64,000 nt of DNA from an uncultured delta proteobacterium (GCA_963841435.1 CAWJCS010000004.1:96001-160000); one strand, 5' to 3'. Shown: positions 19,958-29,864, numbered from the stretch's first letter. Notes: generated by a model not told the origin, from the letters alone. Program-made: numbers and translations.

Positions 19958-22900
19958 TCAGCGCGCACGCCGACGCCGACGGCGCGCCACCATCAATGCG
20001 AGAGCCGCGGCGGCGCCCATGAGCCACGGTTTCGACGGGCGGCGCGAGCCGAGGCTGCAGCCGGTGCCCTCCTTTTCGTCGCTGCTTTCCGAAGCGCCCG
20101 TGCTCACCTTGGCTGCACCTGCGAAGGTAGTCTGCGAAACGGTCCCGGGTGCGCTCCCCGTCGGGTCGAACAACAGGCCACCACCGCCCGAGCAGGTGAG
20201 CGTCACGTCCGGCCGGAGCTCGATCTCCTTGGCGATCACGCGGCCGCCGTAAGTGTGACTGTCACCGTCGCCGAGCACCGCCCGCGCCGAGCTCGCGAGC
20301 AGAGTGCCCGAGAAGTTCGACTCCAGGTAGAGCGCCGGTTGCCCGTAATACGCAACGAACGTCGAGGCGGGGGCACCCGTCGTACCCACGAAGGCACCGC
20401 GGTAGACCATCGAGCTCTTGACGAACAGGCGCGTTCCGGGAACCACCACGATGCTCGCCTGCGGCTCGACATCGAGGTTCTCGACCAGATAATCGCCGGC
20501 CGAGAGTGTGAGCTTCGAGCGTGAGTACGCGATGATCTGCCGGTGGGACCCCGGTGCCGCGCTGCCGATGGCGTCCGGCGCTAGGACAACGTCGGACGCG
20601 GGGAGCATGGTCGGGAACGAGAGCGGAGGGTTTTGCACTCCGCCGAGCGAGAGTGCCACGTGCTGCTGGATCGGCCCCGTCACGGTCGTCTGGTTTTGGC
20701 GTGTGACCACGCCGCTCGTTTTGATGAAGCCGTGGACGTTGCCGCGGTCACGGACGGATACGTTCGCGACGCTCGTGATGTCGCCGATGTGAGACTGCAC
20801 GCCGACTTCGGTGAGACCGTTTCCGGCGTTCACGATCGAGCCGTAGGCCGTCGGCCCGCTCATCACCTTCGCGCGATCGGCAACCAGGAACGACCCGCCC
20901 GCCGTCGTGCCGGACACGACGTAGACGGTTTGCTGGGTCGTCGTGACGCTGCCACCGGCCGTGATCGACCACCTGACGACGTGCGTGCCCGGGACCAACG
21001 AGATCACGCCGCTCGCGGGAATCGTTCGGGGTGGGTTCAGGGCCGCGCCGTTCGTCGAAATGACCTGGCCGGTCACGCTCGGCGACTCGGCGCAGCTTCC
21101 TTGAAGCGACGGCGGTGCGAGCGTGACGTTCTGCGCCGCGCCCGTCCCGCACACCGCCGCCGTCACGGCGGGCAGCGTGGTCGGGACCGGCTTGCACGTC
21201 GTGATGGCGGCGCCGTCCGTATTGCAGATAGTCGGGCCGAACGCGATGCCGAGCTGGTGGTGTCCGGTCGGCGCCGTGGAGGACACGGTCATGTCGAACG
21301 TCACCGTGCCGCTGCCGGTCGCGTCGTCGTAGGTGCTGCGCACGTTGCTCGTCGTGATGCCGGGACCCACGCCGACCGTCACGCCCTCCGAGCCGATCGG
21401 GCAATTGTGGACATCGACGGTGACGTCGTGAACGGCCGTTCCGGGGACGGCCTGGACCACGCCCGTCACGCTCGCGTGCTCTTGGGGGCAAAGGTTCGTC
21501 GAGGCGGTGCCACCGCACACGGTGCTCGGGTCATTGCAGCTCGAAACGGCGAGGACCTTCTCTTCGACGAGCGAGGCCGTGATAGCAGTCGCTCGAGGCA
21601 AGGAGTTCGGGCCGATCGCGGCGAGCACGTCCGTGTCCCGGCTCATCACGGGCACCGCCGTGCTCGCGTCGGACGAGAGCTCGACGACGAAACGGTAGCC
21701 ACCGGGTGGCAGGTTCGAGCTCGAGCAGGTCGGGTTGATGAACGTCGTGTACACGCCGTCGTTCGCCATTTCGTCGCCACCGCTGACGCCGTCGTCGTAC
21801 ATCGGGACGGAAATTTGCGTCGCACCGTTGACGAGCTTCGCCGCCACGGAGATGCCGGTCTCGAACGTGTTCTGAGCAATCTCGAGCCTCGCCGTGGCCT
21901 TCACGCGCTGGTTGGCGTGCGCGGTCAACGTGTCGAGCTCGATCTTCCCCCGAACTTCCGAATTCTTGTAGACGGCGAACATGGCGACCTCGGGCGCAGC
22001 CACGCTGCCCCCGACGACGCACGGTGTGCCGCCCTTCGCCCGCATCGTCCAGTGGCCGGGGATCGGGTTCGTGACGCGCCGGGTGCGCGTGAGGTATGCC
22101 GTTTCGGTGGCGGCGGGGACCACGTCCGTGCCGACGAGGTTCCCGTTCGGGTCAACGACTTCGAATCCGTAGTCTGCAAAGCGACACAGGACCGAGTTTG
22201 AGTTCGTGATGAACCCCGGCGCGCGCGCAACCTTCGGCTCGTCGATCACGGTGTATTCCGTCTGCTCGCCCATCCAGACGAACTCCGCCTGCGTGGTGCC
22301 GGGAGGCAGGTCGAAGCTACGCTCGAAGACAGACGGCTTGAGCTCCTGAACGAACATCGCTTCGCGGTAGTCGCGCACGCGGTACGCGAGCCGAGAAGCC
22401 GCCGCCTGGATGCTGACGGGCGTGGGCGAGCCAGGCGGCACTCCCGGCGGGACTGGCCCCATGCCGTTGCCGAAGTCGACCATGCGCAGATCGCCGCCGC
22501 AAAGCTGCGAAATCTGGTCGAGCAGATTGAAATCCGCGTCGCCGAACGCGAGTGAGGAAATCACCATTTGCTTGCTGCCATCGGCAGGCGTGCAGGCGGC
22601 GATGGCCGCGTTGCGCACGGCCTCGGCCGTGTCACAGCCCGTGACGGTCGGACGCCCGTCGGTGAGGAGCACCATGTGCCCGACGGCGTCGTTCGTGCCG
22701 CTCGCTCGGACCTGCGCCGTGGCGTCGTTGATGGCTTCGCACAAGTTCGTGAGGCCACTCGCGGCGAGAGGAAACTCGGCGAGCTCGTGAGGCGTGGTGA
22801 ACGCCGCGTAGGGAATCGAGCGGGTGACGGCGCTGTCGAACACCGAAAGGCCCGATTTGCGTCCGGGCGGCGTGCGGTTGAAGTGCGCGAGGCCGGCGGA

Positions 22901-24016
22901 GAACGCGTGCTCGAACGCGGTGAGATCGAGCGCCGTCAGCCGGTAGTTCATGCTGCCCGACTTGTCGACGACGACCACAACGTCGTTGACGACCTGGTTG
23001 GCGATCAGCGAACCGGTAAACTCGCAGACCGGATCGGTCGGCAGCGGCGCCCACGGCCCGATGGGGTTCGTGAAGCTCTCGTTCTGCGGCACCACGCCCG
23101 GCCCCTGCACGAAGGCGGGCCCCGGATCGTAGCTCATGAGATCCATCCACTGCTTTTTCGCAATGTCCCACTGATTGCCGTAGTTGAGCGCGTTACTGGA
23201 GCCGACGCTCGTCCCACTGGCAAACGGGCCATTGATGGCATGCAACGTCAGGTGGGTGTTCACGTCGCACCACAGATCGGCGTCGCGGGTGCCCATCACC
23301 GAGGTGTGCCACTCGGGGCCGTTCGAGCAGACGCGAAAGCCGTAGAAGAGCGGCTGCGCGCTATCGAGAAAGTACTCGTCCAAGAGATCGTACTTCGAGT
23401 GCCCGGCCTCGTGCGCGAACACGAAGGCGGATTCGGGCACCGACTCGAGCGGGGCCTTGCCGAGCGAATCGACGCAGCGCTCGCGGTTGACCCACTTGGG
23501 GTCCGGCACGATGGTAAACCCGTCGGGACACTTGGCGTGGATGCAGATGCCGCCCGAGCACAGCGTGTGCTCGGTTTGCGTATCGGTGACGCCGTCGGGG
23601 AAGGCTCCCTCGGCCCAGGTGTGCGCGGCCTGCACGACGGCGTCGTTCAGGGCGATCACGTTGCCGCCGGTCGCCACGCCGTCGTCGCGCTTCCACTCCA
23701 CGTCGTAGCGCATCGGCGCATCGCCGTAGACGAACTGGACTTGGTAGACGTAGTGCCGCCCGTTGGTGATGCGCCACATCCGCTCGGCAAAACCTTGCGC
23801 GGAACCGCAGTAATAGGTGATGTCTGCCTGGGTGAGCGGTGGCACCGAACCGTCGGCCACCTGCGGATTTAGCCACACGACGTAGCGATGCCCGCTGCGT
23901 GTGGTGTCCCCGTTGGGACCCTTTCCCTGCACGATGATTTCGGGATGATCGGCTCGCGCTGCCCCTGTGACGAGAATCAACCCTAGCCCGCACAACCCCG
24001 CGGCCACCCTGTTCAT
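19958..24016 (-). CDS. Secreted CLCA-like zinc metalloprotease + VWA + choice-of-anchor X protein with MYXO-CTERM-like tail (~1,350 aa)
   Basis: Signal peptide MNRVAAGLCGLGLILVTGAARA; HEAGHSKYDLLDEY; VVVVVDKSGSM and LLTDG (VWA); MYDDGVSGGDEMANDGVY; GCSLG..hydrophobic..RRRRRR C-terminus. Confidence 0.85.
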   Translation of the reverse strand: MNRVAAGLCGLGLILVTGAARADHPEIIVQGKGPNGDTTRSGHRYVVWLNPQVADGSVPPLTQADITYYCGSAQGFAERMWRITNGRHYVYQVQFVYGDAPMRYDVEWKRDDGVATGGNVIALNDAVVQAAHTWAEGAFPDGVTDTQTEHTLCSGGICIHAKCPDGFTIVPDPKWVNRERCVDSLGKAPLESVPESAFVFAHEAGHSKYDLLDEYFLDSAQPLFYGFRVCSNGPEWHTSVMGTRDADLWCDVNTHLTLHAINGPFASGTSVGSSNALNYGNQWDIAKKQWMDLMSYDPGPAFVQGPGVVPQNESFTNPIGPWAPLPTDPVCEFTGSLIANQVVNDVVVVVDKSGSMNYRLTALDLTAFEHAFSAGLAHFNRTPPGRKSGLSVFDSAVTRSIPYAAFTTPHELAEFPLAASGLTNLCEAINDATAQVRASGTNDAVGHMVLLTDGRPTVTGCDTAEAVRNAAIAACTPADGSKQMVISSLAFGDADFNLLDQISQLCGGDLRMVDFGNGMGPVPPGVPPGSPTPVSIQAAASRLAYRVRDYREAMFVQELKPSVFERSFDLPPGTTQAEFVWMGEQTEYTVIDEPKVARAPGFITNSNSVLCRFADYGFEVVDPNGNLVGTDVVPAATETAYLTRTRRVTNPIPGHWTMRAKGGTPCVVGGSVAAPEVAMFAVYKNSEVRGKIELDTLTAHANQRVKATARLEIAQNTFETGISVAAKLVNGATQISVPMYDDGVSGGDEMANDGVYTTFINPTCSSSNLPPGGYRFVVELSSDASTAVPVMSRDTDVLAAIGPNSLPRATAITASLVEEKVLAVSSCNDPSTVCGGTASTNLCPQEHASVTGVVQAVPGTAVHDVTVDVHNCPIGSEGVTVGVGPGITTSNVRSTYDDATGSGTVTFDMTVSSTAPTGHHQLGIAFGPTICNTDGAAITTCKPVPTTLPAVTAAVCGTGAAQNVTLAPPSLQGSCAESPSVTGQVISTNGAALNPPRTIPASGVISLVPGTHVVRWSITAGGSVTTTQQTVYVVSGTTAGGSFLVADRAKVMSGPTAYGSIVNAGNGLTEVGVQSHIGDITSVANVSVRDRGNVHGFIKTSGVVTRQNQTTVTGPIQQHVALSLGGVQNPPLSFPTMLPASDVVLAPDAIGSAAPGSHRQIIAYSRSKLTLSAGDYLVENLDVEPQASIVVVPGTRLFVKSSMVYRGAFVGTTGAPASTFVAYYGQPALYLESNFSGTLLASSARAVLGDGDSHTYGGRVIAKEIELRPDVTLTCSGGGGLLFDPTGSAPGTVSQTTFAGAAKVSTGASESSDEKEGTGCSLGSRRPSKPWLMGAAAALALMVARRRRRRAR

Positions 24017-24023
24017 GCGACGG

Positions 24024-24052
24024 CTCTTAGGCGTGCTAGCGTTCCTCGTCAA
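24024..24052 (-). promoter_or_regulatory. Sigma70-like promoter, probably giving a leaderless mRNA for the CLCA-like gene
   Basis: Minus strand reads TTGACG-N17-TAAGAG-N7-ATG(24016). Confidence 0.45.
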
Positions 24053-24062
24053 GGGTTTGGGA

Positions 24063-24638
24063 ATGCGTTCACGAAATCTGATCGCGCGGTCAACGGGCGT
24101 GACGTTGGCGTTCGCAATGTTGACGTCGTGTGGTGGCAGCTCCAAGCACGCCGGCACGAGCGCGGGCACCGGGGGAGGCTCGGGCGCGTCGGGCGGCGCA
24201 GGTGCCAGCGCAGGTTCCGGCCGGGCGGGCGGCACGAGCGGAGCCTCCGCGGGCGCGAGCGGTGCTCCGACGGGGGGCTCGGCCGGTTCGCACGTCATCA
24301 GCGACAGGCCCCAGAGCTGCACCACCAACGAGGGCGACCCGGGCATCCTGGTCAACGTGCAGCCGCTGCCTGATGGCCCACGTCCGGAATGCAATGCTCT
24401 CGCACAACCCGGCGATCCGGACGCGCGTTGCCCGAGCGAAGACCTCGTCGAATGCTCGCCGATGGACTGTTATTCGGCCGAAACGATGGCCGGCTGCTGC
24501 CGGCCGGACGGCTTCTGTGGCGTCCTGGAAATCGGCCACTGGGGTCAGGACATCGCGCTCGGCTGCATCAGCCGCGACCCCTGGATCGAAAAAGCCGACG
24601 CCCTCGGCCGCGAGATCGTTCCGATTCGCTGCGATTGA
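24063..24638 (+). CDS. Lipoprotein with Gly-rich linker and Cys-rich C-terminal domain
   Basis: MRSRNLIARSTGVTLAFAMLTSC lipobox; GCCRPDGFCG motif. Confidence 0.75.
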   Translation: MRSRNLIARSTGVTLAFAMLTSCGGSSKHAGTSAGTGGGSGASGGAGASAGSGRAGGTSGASAGASGAPTGGSAGSHVISDRPQSCTTNEGDPGILVNVQPLPDGPRPECNALAQPGDPDARCPSEDLVECSPMDCYSAETMAGCCRPDGFCGVLEIGHWGQDIALGCISRDPWIEKADALGREIVPIRCD

Positions 24639-24644
24639 CGAAAG

Positions 24645-24880
24645 GAGTAGAGCCCGCGCGACGTAGCGGCACAGCCGCTCGCGCTGTTGCCGATCGCGAC
24701 CGTCAACGACTTGCCGAGCATGCACGTTGATGCCGCGCACCTCGGCGACCGGCTCACCGGCGGGGGGCCGGTGTCGGCGCCGCGGTCGTCCTCCTCCGGC
24801 CCGAAGGTACGACCAGTTGCTCGAGGACTTTCTCGATGCGAGTGGCAGTGCGGCGCGCCACGTCTTTCACGTCCGCCATC
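24645..24880 (-). mobile_element. Degenerate IS91-family (Y2 rolling-circle) transposase fragment
   Basis: Two frames give ADVKDVARRTATRIEKVLE and EPVAEVRGINVHARQVVDGRDRQQRERLCRYVAR, resembling the G.N/S.HA...DR..LERLCRY..RP block of IS91/ISCR transposases. Confidence 0.65.
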
Positions 24881-25172
24881 TTCCTCCGAGTGAAGGGCGA
24901 TTCGACGTTACAGCTCGCCAGTCTCGTTCAGGGTCGGGTTCGCCGGCCGGATTCCGCCTCGCCGTCTCGCGCTGCTCCGGCTCGGCGGCTGGTCGATCGA
25001 GCTCCAATTCGCGAAATTTGACTACGTGCCGTTCGGCAGCAAAACGCGCTTGGATCACCCGACACCGAGCACCTCAAGTTGGTTTTGCTGGTCGCGATGC
25101 CCGTCAGGGTTCTAGGCTCGAGCGATTGTCGCTCTGCACACGTCGCTCTGCACATAGAGATGGGAGGATAGG

Positions 25173-26732
25173 ATGAAATACGGACAGCGAATCTCCAACA
25201 CCGCGCTCCGCGCCGCGCCCGCGATGCTGCTCATGTTGCTATGCGCCGGCGAAGCGAGGGCTGGAGATCTGCCCCCCGTGCTCACGATTGGTGGAGCCAG
25301 CTGCGGCTCGACCTACACGTATGCCGTCACCTCCCTGCAGATGTTGGGGACCGGCGATGACGCCAAGATCCTCACGGACAATGGTGGCAACAACGTGAAC
25401 TGGAGCCACAGTGGGTGCACCGTCGCTATCGACGGCAGCACGAGTTGCATCAACTTGGGCATAACTTTTCCGAGCAACCCGGCCTCGGACACGTCGGTCG
25501 TTCAGGCTACCGGAACGGCGAGTATGAGCGGTTCTGAAACGCTGACGGTCACCTCGACGGCCCTCGCCCCGGACAACACTCCTACTACTGATGTTTGCAC
25601 GGGCAACTTCACGTTTCACGTCACCTCTCTTGGCGGCGGCTGGGGTGATCCGCACCTGACCACCGTCAACGGCGTTCACTACGATTTCCAGAGCGCCGGC
25701 GAGTTCACGGCGCTACGCGGCGACAAGGTCGAAATCCAGACTCGGCAGAGTCCGGTGCCGACCGCGAAGGTGCCGATCACGAACGAGTACACCGGCATCA
25801 CGCACTGCGTGGCCATCTACACGGCCGTGGCGGCCAAGCTCGGCTCGACGCGCGTGACGTTGCAACCAAGCCCCGGCGCGGAACCCGACCCGAACAGCAT
25901 GCAGCTTCGCGTGAACGGCAAGCTGACGAAGCTCGGCAACGAGCCGCTCGTCGTGCGAGCCAAACCCGAGGCAGGGGCGAAGCAAGGCAAGGTCGAGGCC
26001 ACCATCACCCAGCACGCGGAAGGCCTCATCGAGATAACGGACGCCACCGGCATGCAGCTCGTCGTGACGCCGAAATATTGGGCCTCCCAGAAGGTCTGGT
26101 ACCTCAACGTCAACGTTTACCAGACTGCGGCGCACGAGGGCACGATGGGAAAGCTCGGCCAGCGGAGCTGGCTGCCCGCACTGCCCGATGGCAGCTCGCT
26201 CGGCCAAAAGCCCGCTTCCGAGAACGAGCGCTATCAGGTGCTCTACGAGAAGTTCGCCGACGCGTGGCGCGTGACGGATGCCACGAGCCTCTTCGACTAC
26301 GAGCCCGGCACCAACACGGCCACCTTCACGCGCGACGAGTGGCCCCGCAACCATCCGCAATCCTGCGACATCGAGGGGCAGACCGCCGTGCAGCCGGCGA
26401 CGGAACAGGTCGCCGAACAGGCGTGCGAAAACGTCGCCAACGCCGTTCAGCGGGCGGATTGCGCGTTCGACGTCATGATCACCGGAAACACCGAGTTCGC
26501 GAAGAGCTACGAGGTCATGCAGGGCTTCGGGCCGCGCGGCTCCGGCTGGTACACCCCCGAGCCTCCCAAGAAGTCGCCGCCCGCCAAGACCCCACCCGAC
26601 AAGACGCCGCCCGACAGGACCCCTGCACCTTGTCCAAGCCCCTGGTGCTGTTGGGCCCTCATCGTCCTCGGCATCGTGCAGCTCCTGCTCCTCGCCTTCC
26701 TCGTGAAACAGGCGCTCTCGAAGAAGTCGTAG
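25173..26732 (+). CDS. Secreted VWD (von Willebrand factor D) domain protein with C-terminal membrane anchor
   Basis: AGGATAGG RBS; signal peptide ending EARA; GWGDPHLTTVNGVHYDFQSAGEF; FADAWRVTDATSLFDY; DCAFDVMITG; Pro/Lys linker, TM helix, KK. Confidence 0.9.
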   Translation: MKYGQRISNTALRAAPAMLLMLLCAGEARAGDLPPVLTIGGASCGSTYTYAVTSLQMLGTGDDAKILTDNGGNNVNWSHSGCTVAIDGSTSCINLGITFPSNPASDTSVVQATGTASMSGSETLTVTSTALAPDNTPTTDVCTGNFTFHVTSLGGGWGDPHLTTVNGVHYDFQSAGEFTALRGDKVEIQTRQSPVPTAKVPITNEYTGITHCVAIYTAVAAKLGSTRVTLQPSPGAEPDPNSMQLRVNGKLTKLGNEPLVVRAKPEAGAKQGKVEATITQHAEGLIEITDATGMQLVVTPKYWASQKVWYLNVNVYQTAAHEGTMGKLGQRSWLPALPDGSSLGQKPASENERYQVLYEKFADAWRVTDATSLFDYEPGTNTATFTRDEWPRNHPQSCDIEGQTAVQPATEQVAEQACENVANAVQRADCAFDVMITGNTEFAKSYEVMQGFGPRGSGWYTPEPPKKSPPAKTPPDKTPPDRTPAPCPSPWCCWALIVLGIVQLLLLAFLVKQALSKKS

Positions 26733-26799
26733 GTGTAGCCTCCGCGTCTCGGCCGGGAGGTGGCGTGATGACCCCCCAGCTGCGGGTCATAGTGACCGC

Positions 26800-28650
26800 G
26801 TGGGCTCTTTGCGATTCACCTGGCTCGCTGTCGGCTGCATGAGCTGCACCACGGCACCGCGCCCGATCGCGCCCTCCGTCGCGCCGCCCCCCATCGCAGT
26901 GAGCTCCGTCGCTCCGCCCGCGGAGCCGCCCCCGACCGACACGGTGCCGCACGGCGACTGCAGCCAGGACGGCTGGTGCTGGGACAATCCGCTACCGTGC
27001 GGCGACGAGCTACGAGCCGTGTGGGGCTCCGCACCGAACGACTACTGGGCGGGCGGCAAGGGAGGCGCGCTGCTGCACTTCGACGGCAGCGGCTGGTCAC
27101 GTGTCGAAGGCGCCACGTCCTCCGACGTGCGCCAGCTCTTCGGACGCGGCCAAAGTGACGTGTGGGCACTAGGCGTCCCCTGGAGCGAGCCGCTGAGGCA
27201 CTGGGACGGAGCTGCCTGGTCCCGCCCGGCGCTCCCCCCGTCACCCCGTGTCGGCGGATTCGGCGAGAACGGGACGCCCTGGGTGATCGACGACAGCGGC
27301 GGCGTGTGGCGCTTCGACGGCTCGCGCTGGAAGGCCAGACTGCCCGCGTCCTGCCACGCCGACGGCTGCGGTTGGTACACGGCTCGCACCGCAAGCGGAG
27401 GCACGCTCACCGGACGCCCGACGGGTGCGGATTGGGACGGCACCCACACGTTCGAAACGCGCCTCCCGGCTCCGACGGGCCGCACCTTCGGCGGAACCCG
27501 CGAATCGCACGTCCTCTTGCTGCAGTACGCCACGGGCGGTTACGTCGAGGCATGGAGCGGGGGCCGCTGGGTGGAGCAGCCGGTACCGGACGCAACGACG
27601 CCGCGTGAGCAGCGGCCCGTCTTGCGCTCGGTCTGGGGAGCGACCGACGACAACGTCTGGGCGGTCGGTGACGGCGGCGCCCTCGCGCACTTCGACGGAA
27701 ACGCGTGGACGGCCTTCGACAGCGGGACGCGCGCCAATCTCACCAACGTCTGGGGAACCAGCCGTGACGACGTGTGGACCGTGGGCGGCACGGCCCTCAT
27801 CCACTGGGACGGGCACGCCTGGGCCCACGCGCGAGCCACCGTCACCGAAAACGCGCTCAACGCGGTCTGGGCGCTCGGCGGTTGCGCCGCGTTCGTCGCG
27901 GGTGATGCCGGCACCGTGCTCCGCCGCGACTGCAAGGCGTGGCAAACCTTGCCGAGCGGCCTGACCAGCGACCTTCTCGGTGTGTGGGCGAGTGACGCAA
28001 ACAACGTCTGGCTCGTGGGAACGCACGGCACGTTGCTCCACTTCGACGGCCGCACGTTCGAGCCGCTCGCCCCGCTGACGGACGCGACGCTGAGGGACGT
28101 GTGGGGTACGGGGCCGCGCAACGTCTGGGTCGTCGGCGACGACGCAACCACGCTTCACTTCGACGGCGAACGCTGGCAAAAAGCGCCGAACCCTTTCCGG
28201 GAGAACCAGAGGCTGTTTCACGTCCGTGGGACCGCACCCGACCACGTGGTCGTCGTCGGGGAGCGAGGCGCGTTCGCCGTCTGGGACGGCCGGAGCTTCA
28301 CCCACCGCCCCGGGCCACCCTGCTGGGGCGTCAACAACCGCTCCGACACGCTGAACACCGTGCTGCCGCTCGGCGTCAACGACTGGTGGGTCGCCTGCGA
28401 CCAGGGCGGCCTCCAGCACGGCGTGCTCGGTGCCTGGGTGAGCGAGAGCACCTCGACCCATCTCAACGGGCTCGCTCGGGTGGAGTCCGAGCTCTTCGCC
28501 GTCGGCCCCTACCAGCTGTGGCAGCGAACAGCCGAGCACTGGCGCCTCACGTCCACCCGCGCCCCCTTCCGCGCCCTCGCCGCCGCACCCGACGGACGCC
28601 TTTTCGCCGTCGGCGAGCACGGCGTGATCTCGTCGCGCGCGGCCGACTAG
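26800..28650 (+). CDS. Lipoprotein with repeated VWG...DVWAVG..G.LLHFDG..W beta-propeller units
   Basis: About 10 Trp-rich repeats; WCWDNPLPCG N-terminal motif; possible lipobox CMSC. Confidence 0.85.
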   Translation: MGSLRFTWLAVGCMSCTTAPRPIAPSVAPPPIAVSSVAPPAEPPPTDTVPHGDCSQDGWCWDNPLPCGDELRAVWGSAPNDYWAGGKGGALLHFDGSGWSRVEGATSSDVRQLFGRGQSDVWALGVPWSEPLRHWDGAAWSRPALPPSPRVGGFGENGTPWVIDDSGGVWRFDGSRWKARLPASCHADGCGWYTARTASGGTLTGRPTGADWDGTHTFETRLPAPTGRTFGGTRESHVLLLQYATGGYVEAWSGGRWVEQPVPDATTPREQRPVLRSVWGATDDNVWAVGDGGALAHFDGNAWTAFDSGTRANLTNVWGTSRDDVWTVGGTALIHWDGHAWAHARATVTENALNAVWALGGCAAFVAGDAGTVLRRDCKAWQTLPSGLTSDLLGVWASDANNVWLVGTHGTLLHFDGRTFEPLAPLTDATLRDVWGTGPRNVWVVGDDATTLHFDGERWQKAPNPFRENQRLFHVRGTAPDHVVVVGERGAFAVWDGRSFTHRPGPPCWGVNNRSDTLNTVLPLGVNDWWVACDQGGLQHGVLGAWVSESTSTHLNGLARVESELFAVGPYQLWQRTAEHWRLTSTRAPFRALAAAPDGRLFAVGEHGVISSRAAD

Positions 28651-28659
28651 GAACCGAAT

Positions 28660-28896
28660 TCACCCTTCCCTCCCGCGCGTCGCCCCCGCCGGCGTCAGCC
28701 ACGTCTCCGTGAACCCCACCTCACGCGGTCGCAGGCGCACGACCACGTAGTCGCCACCGAGGTACAGCGTGCCGTCCGCGTCGCGGACCTTCCACGTGCC
28801 ACCGAGCACGATCCTCCAGAAGGAGGCTTTCTCGTTCTGCATTTCGCGCCTGACGATGCTCAGGCAGTAGCGACGGGCGCGACCGCCCTTGCGCGA
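28660..28896 (-). pseudogene. Possible C-terminal fragment of a beta-propeller-like protein
   Basis: Short frame VRDADGTLYLGGDYVVVRLRP..GFTETWLTP with coding-like codons but no full gene. Confidence 0.3.
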
Positions 28897-28905
28897 CGCT
28901 CACTT

Positions 28906-29847
28906 TTGCTAAGCTCGTGGCGCGTGGCCCACTCGTCCCTCCTCTTCCCGGCGTCGGCGTGCTTTCTTGTGGTCTCCTGCGCGGCAGCGGGCGACGGGAG
29001 CGCGGGCTCGGGGCAGTTTTCAGGGGACGGCAGCAGCGGCGCGGTCGGCGGCAGCGGGAGCGTGCAGGTGGGCTCGGGCGGCAGCGGGGCAAACGGGGGG
29101 AGCGGCGCCGGGATCAGCGTGGGCGGAACCGACACGGGGAGCACCGACCCGGACTGCGACAACATCCTGGAGGTCACTTATCGCGACTTCGATGAGTCGC
29201 ACCCCGACATGGAGATGGCGTTCGCAGGTGACGTCGTGCGCATCCAGCTCCTCGAGCCCACGCTCGGCGCCGACGGCAAGCCCGTGTTCAAGAGCAGCAC
29301 CGGTTGTCCGCGGAGCGCCGACGACCCGCTCGCTTGCGACAACTGGCAGACGACCAACCCCGTCATCACCAGCGCGGCGACGTTCGACCAGTGGTACCGG
29401 ACTTCGGACGTCAACCGCGAGATCCCGGGGACGCTCGAGCTGACTCCCGACGCCAACGGCTACTACGTCTTCGACACCAACGCGTTCTTCCCGCTCGGGC
29501 CGGACGAAGGCTTCGGCATCACGCCGGCCAACAACGACCAGCACAAAAATTTCCTCTTCACGACCGAAATTCACGTGACCTTCACGTACCGCGCCGGGCA
29601 GGTGTTCTCGTTCCGGGGTGACGACGACCTGTGGATCTTCGTGAACGGGACGCTGGCGATGGACCTCGGCGGCATGCACAGCGCCGAGACCGGCACGATC
29701 GACTTCGACGCTCAGTCCACGCGGCTCGGCATCACGCCGGGCAGCGCGTACCCGATGGACATCTTCCACGCCGAGCGCCACACGCGCGACTCGAACTTCC
29801 GCTTCGAGACGAACGTCAGTTGTTTCGTGCCGGTCGTCGTTCGCTGA
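28906..29847 (+). CDS. Fibro-slime domain lipoprotein
   Basis: Lipobox VVSC; Gly linker; YRDF..SHPDME, FDQWYR, NFLFTTEIH, FRGDDDLWIFVN, FHAERHT; exact start uncertain. Confidence 0.9.
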   Translation: MLSSWRVAHSSLLFPASACFLVVSCAAAGDGSAGSGQFSGDGSSGAVGGSGSVQVGSGGSGANGGSGAGISVGGTDTGSTDPDCDNILEVTYRDFDESHPDMEMAFAGDVVRIQLLEPTLGADGKPVFKSSTGCPRSADDPLACDNWQTTNPVITSAATFDQWYRTSDVNREIPGTLELTPDANGYYVFDTNAFFPLGPDEGFGITPANNDQHKNFLFTTEIHVTFTYRAGQVFSFRGDDDLWIFVNGTLAMDLGGMHSAETGTIDFDAQSTRLGITPGSAYPMDIFHAERHTRDSNFRFETNVSCFVPVVVR

Positions 29848-29864
29848 GCTACTTCATCAGTGCG

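Noticed and set aside
24017-24394. Longer start for the CLCA-like ORF
   Set aside because: Overlaps the divergent lipoprotein gene; signal peptide and promoter fit ATG 24016.
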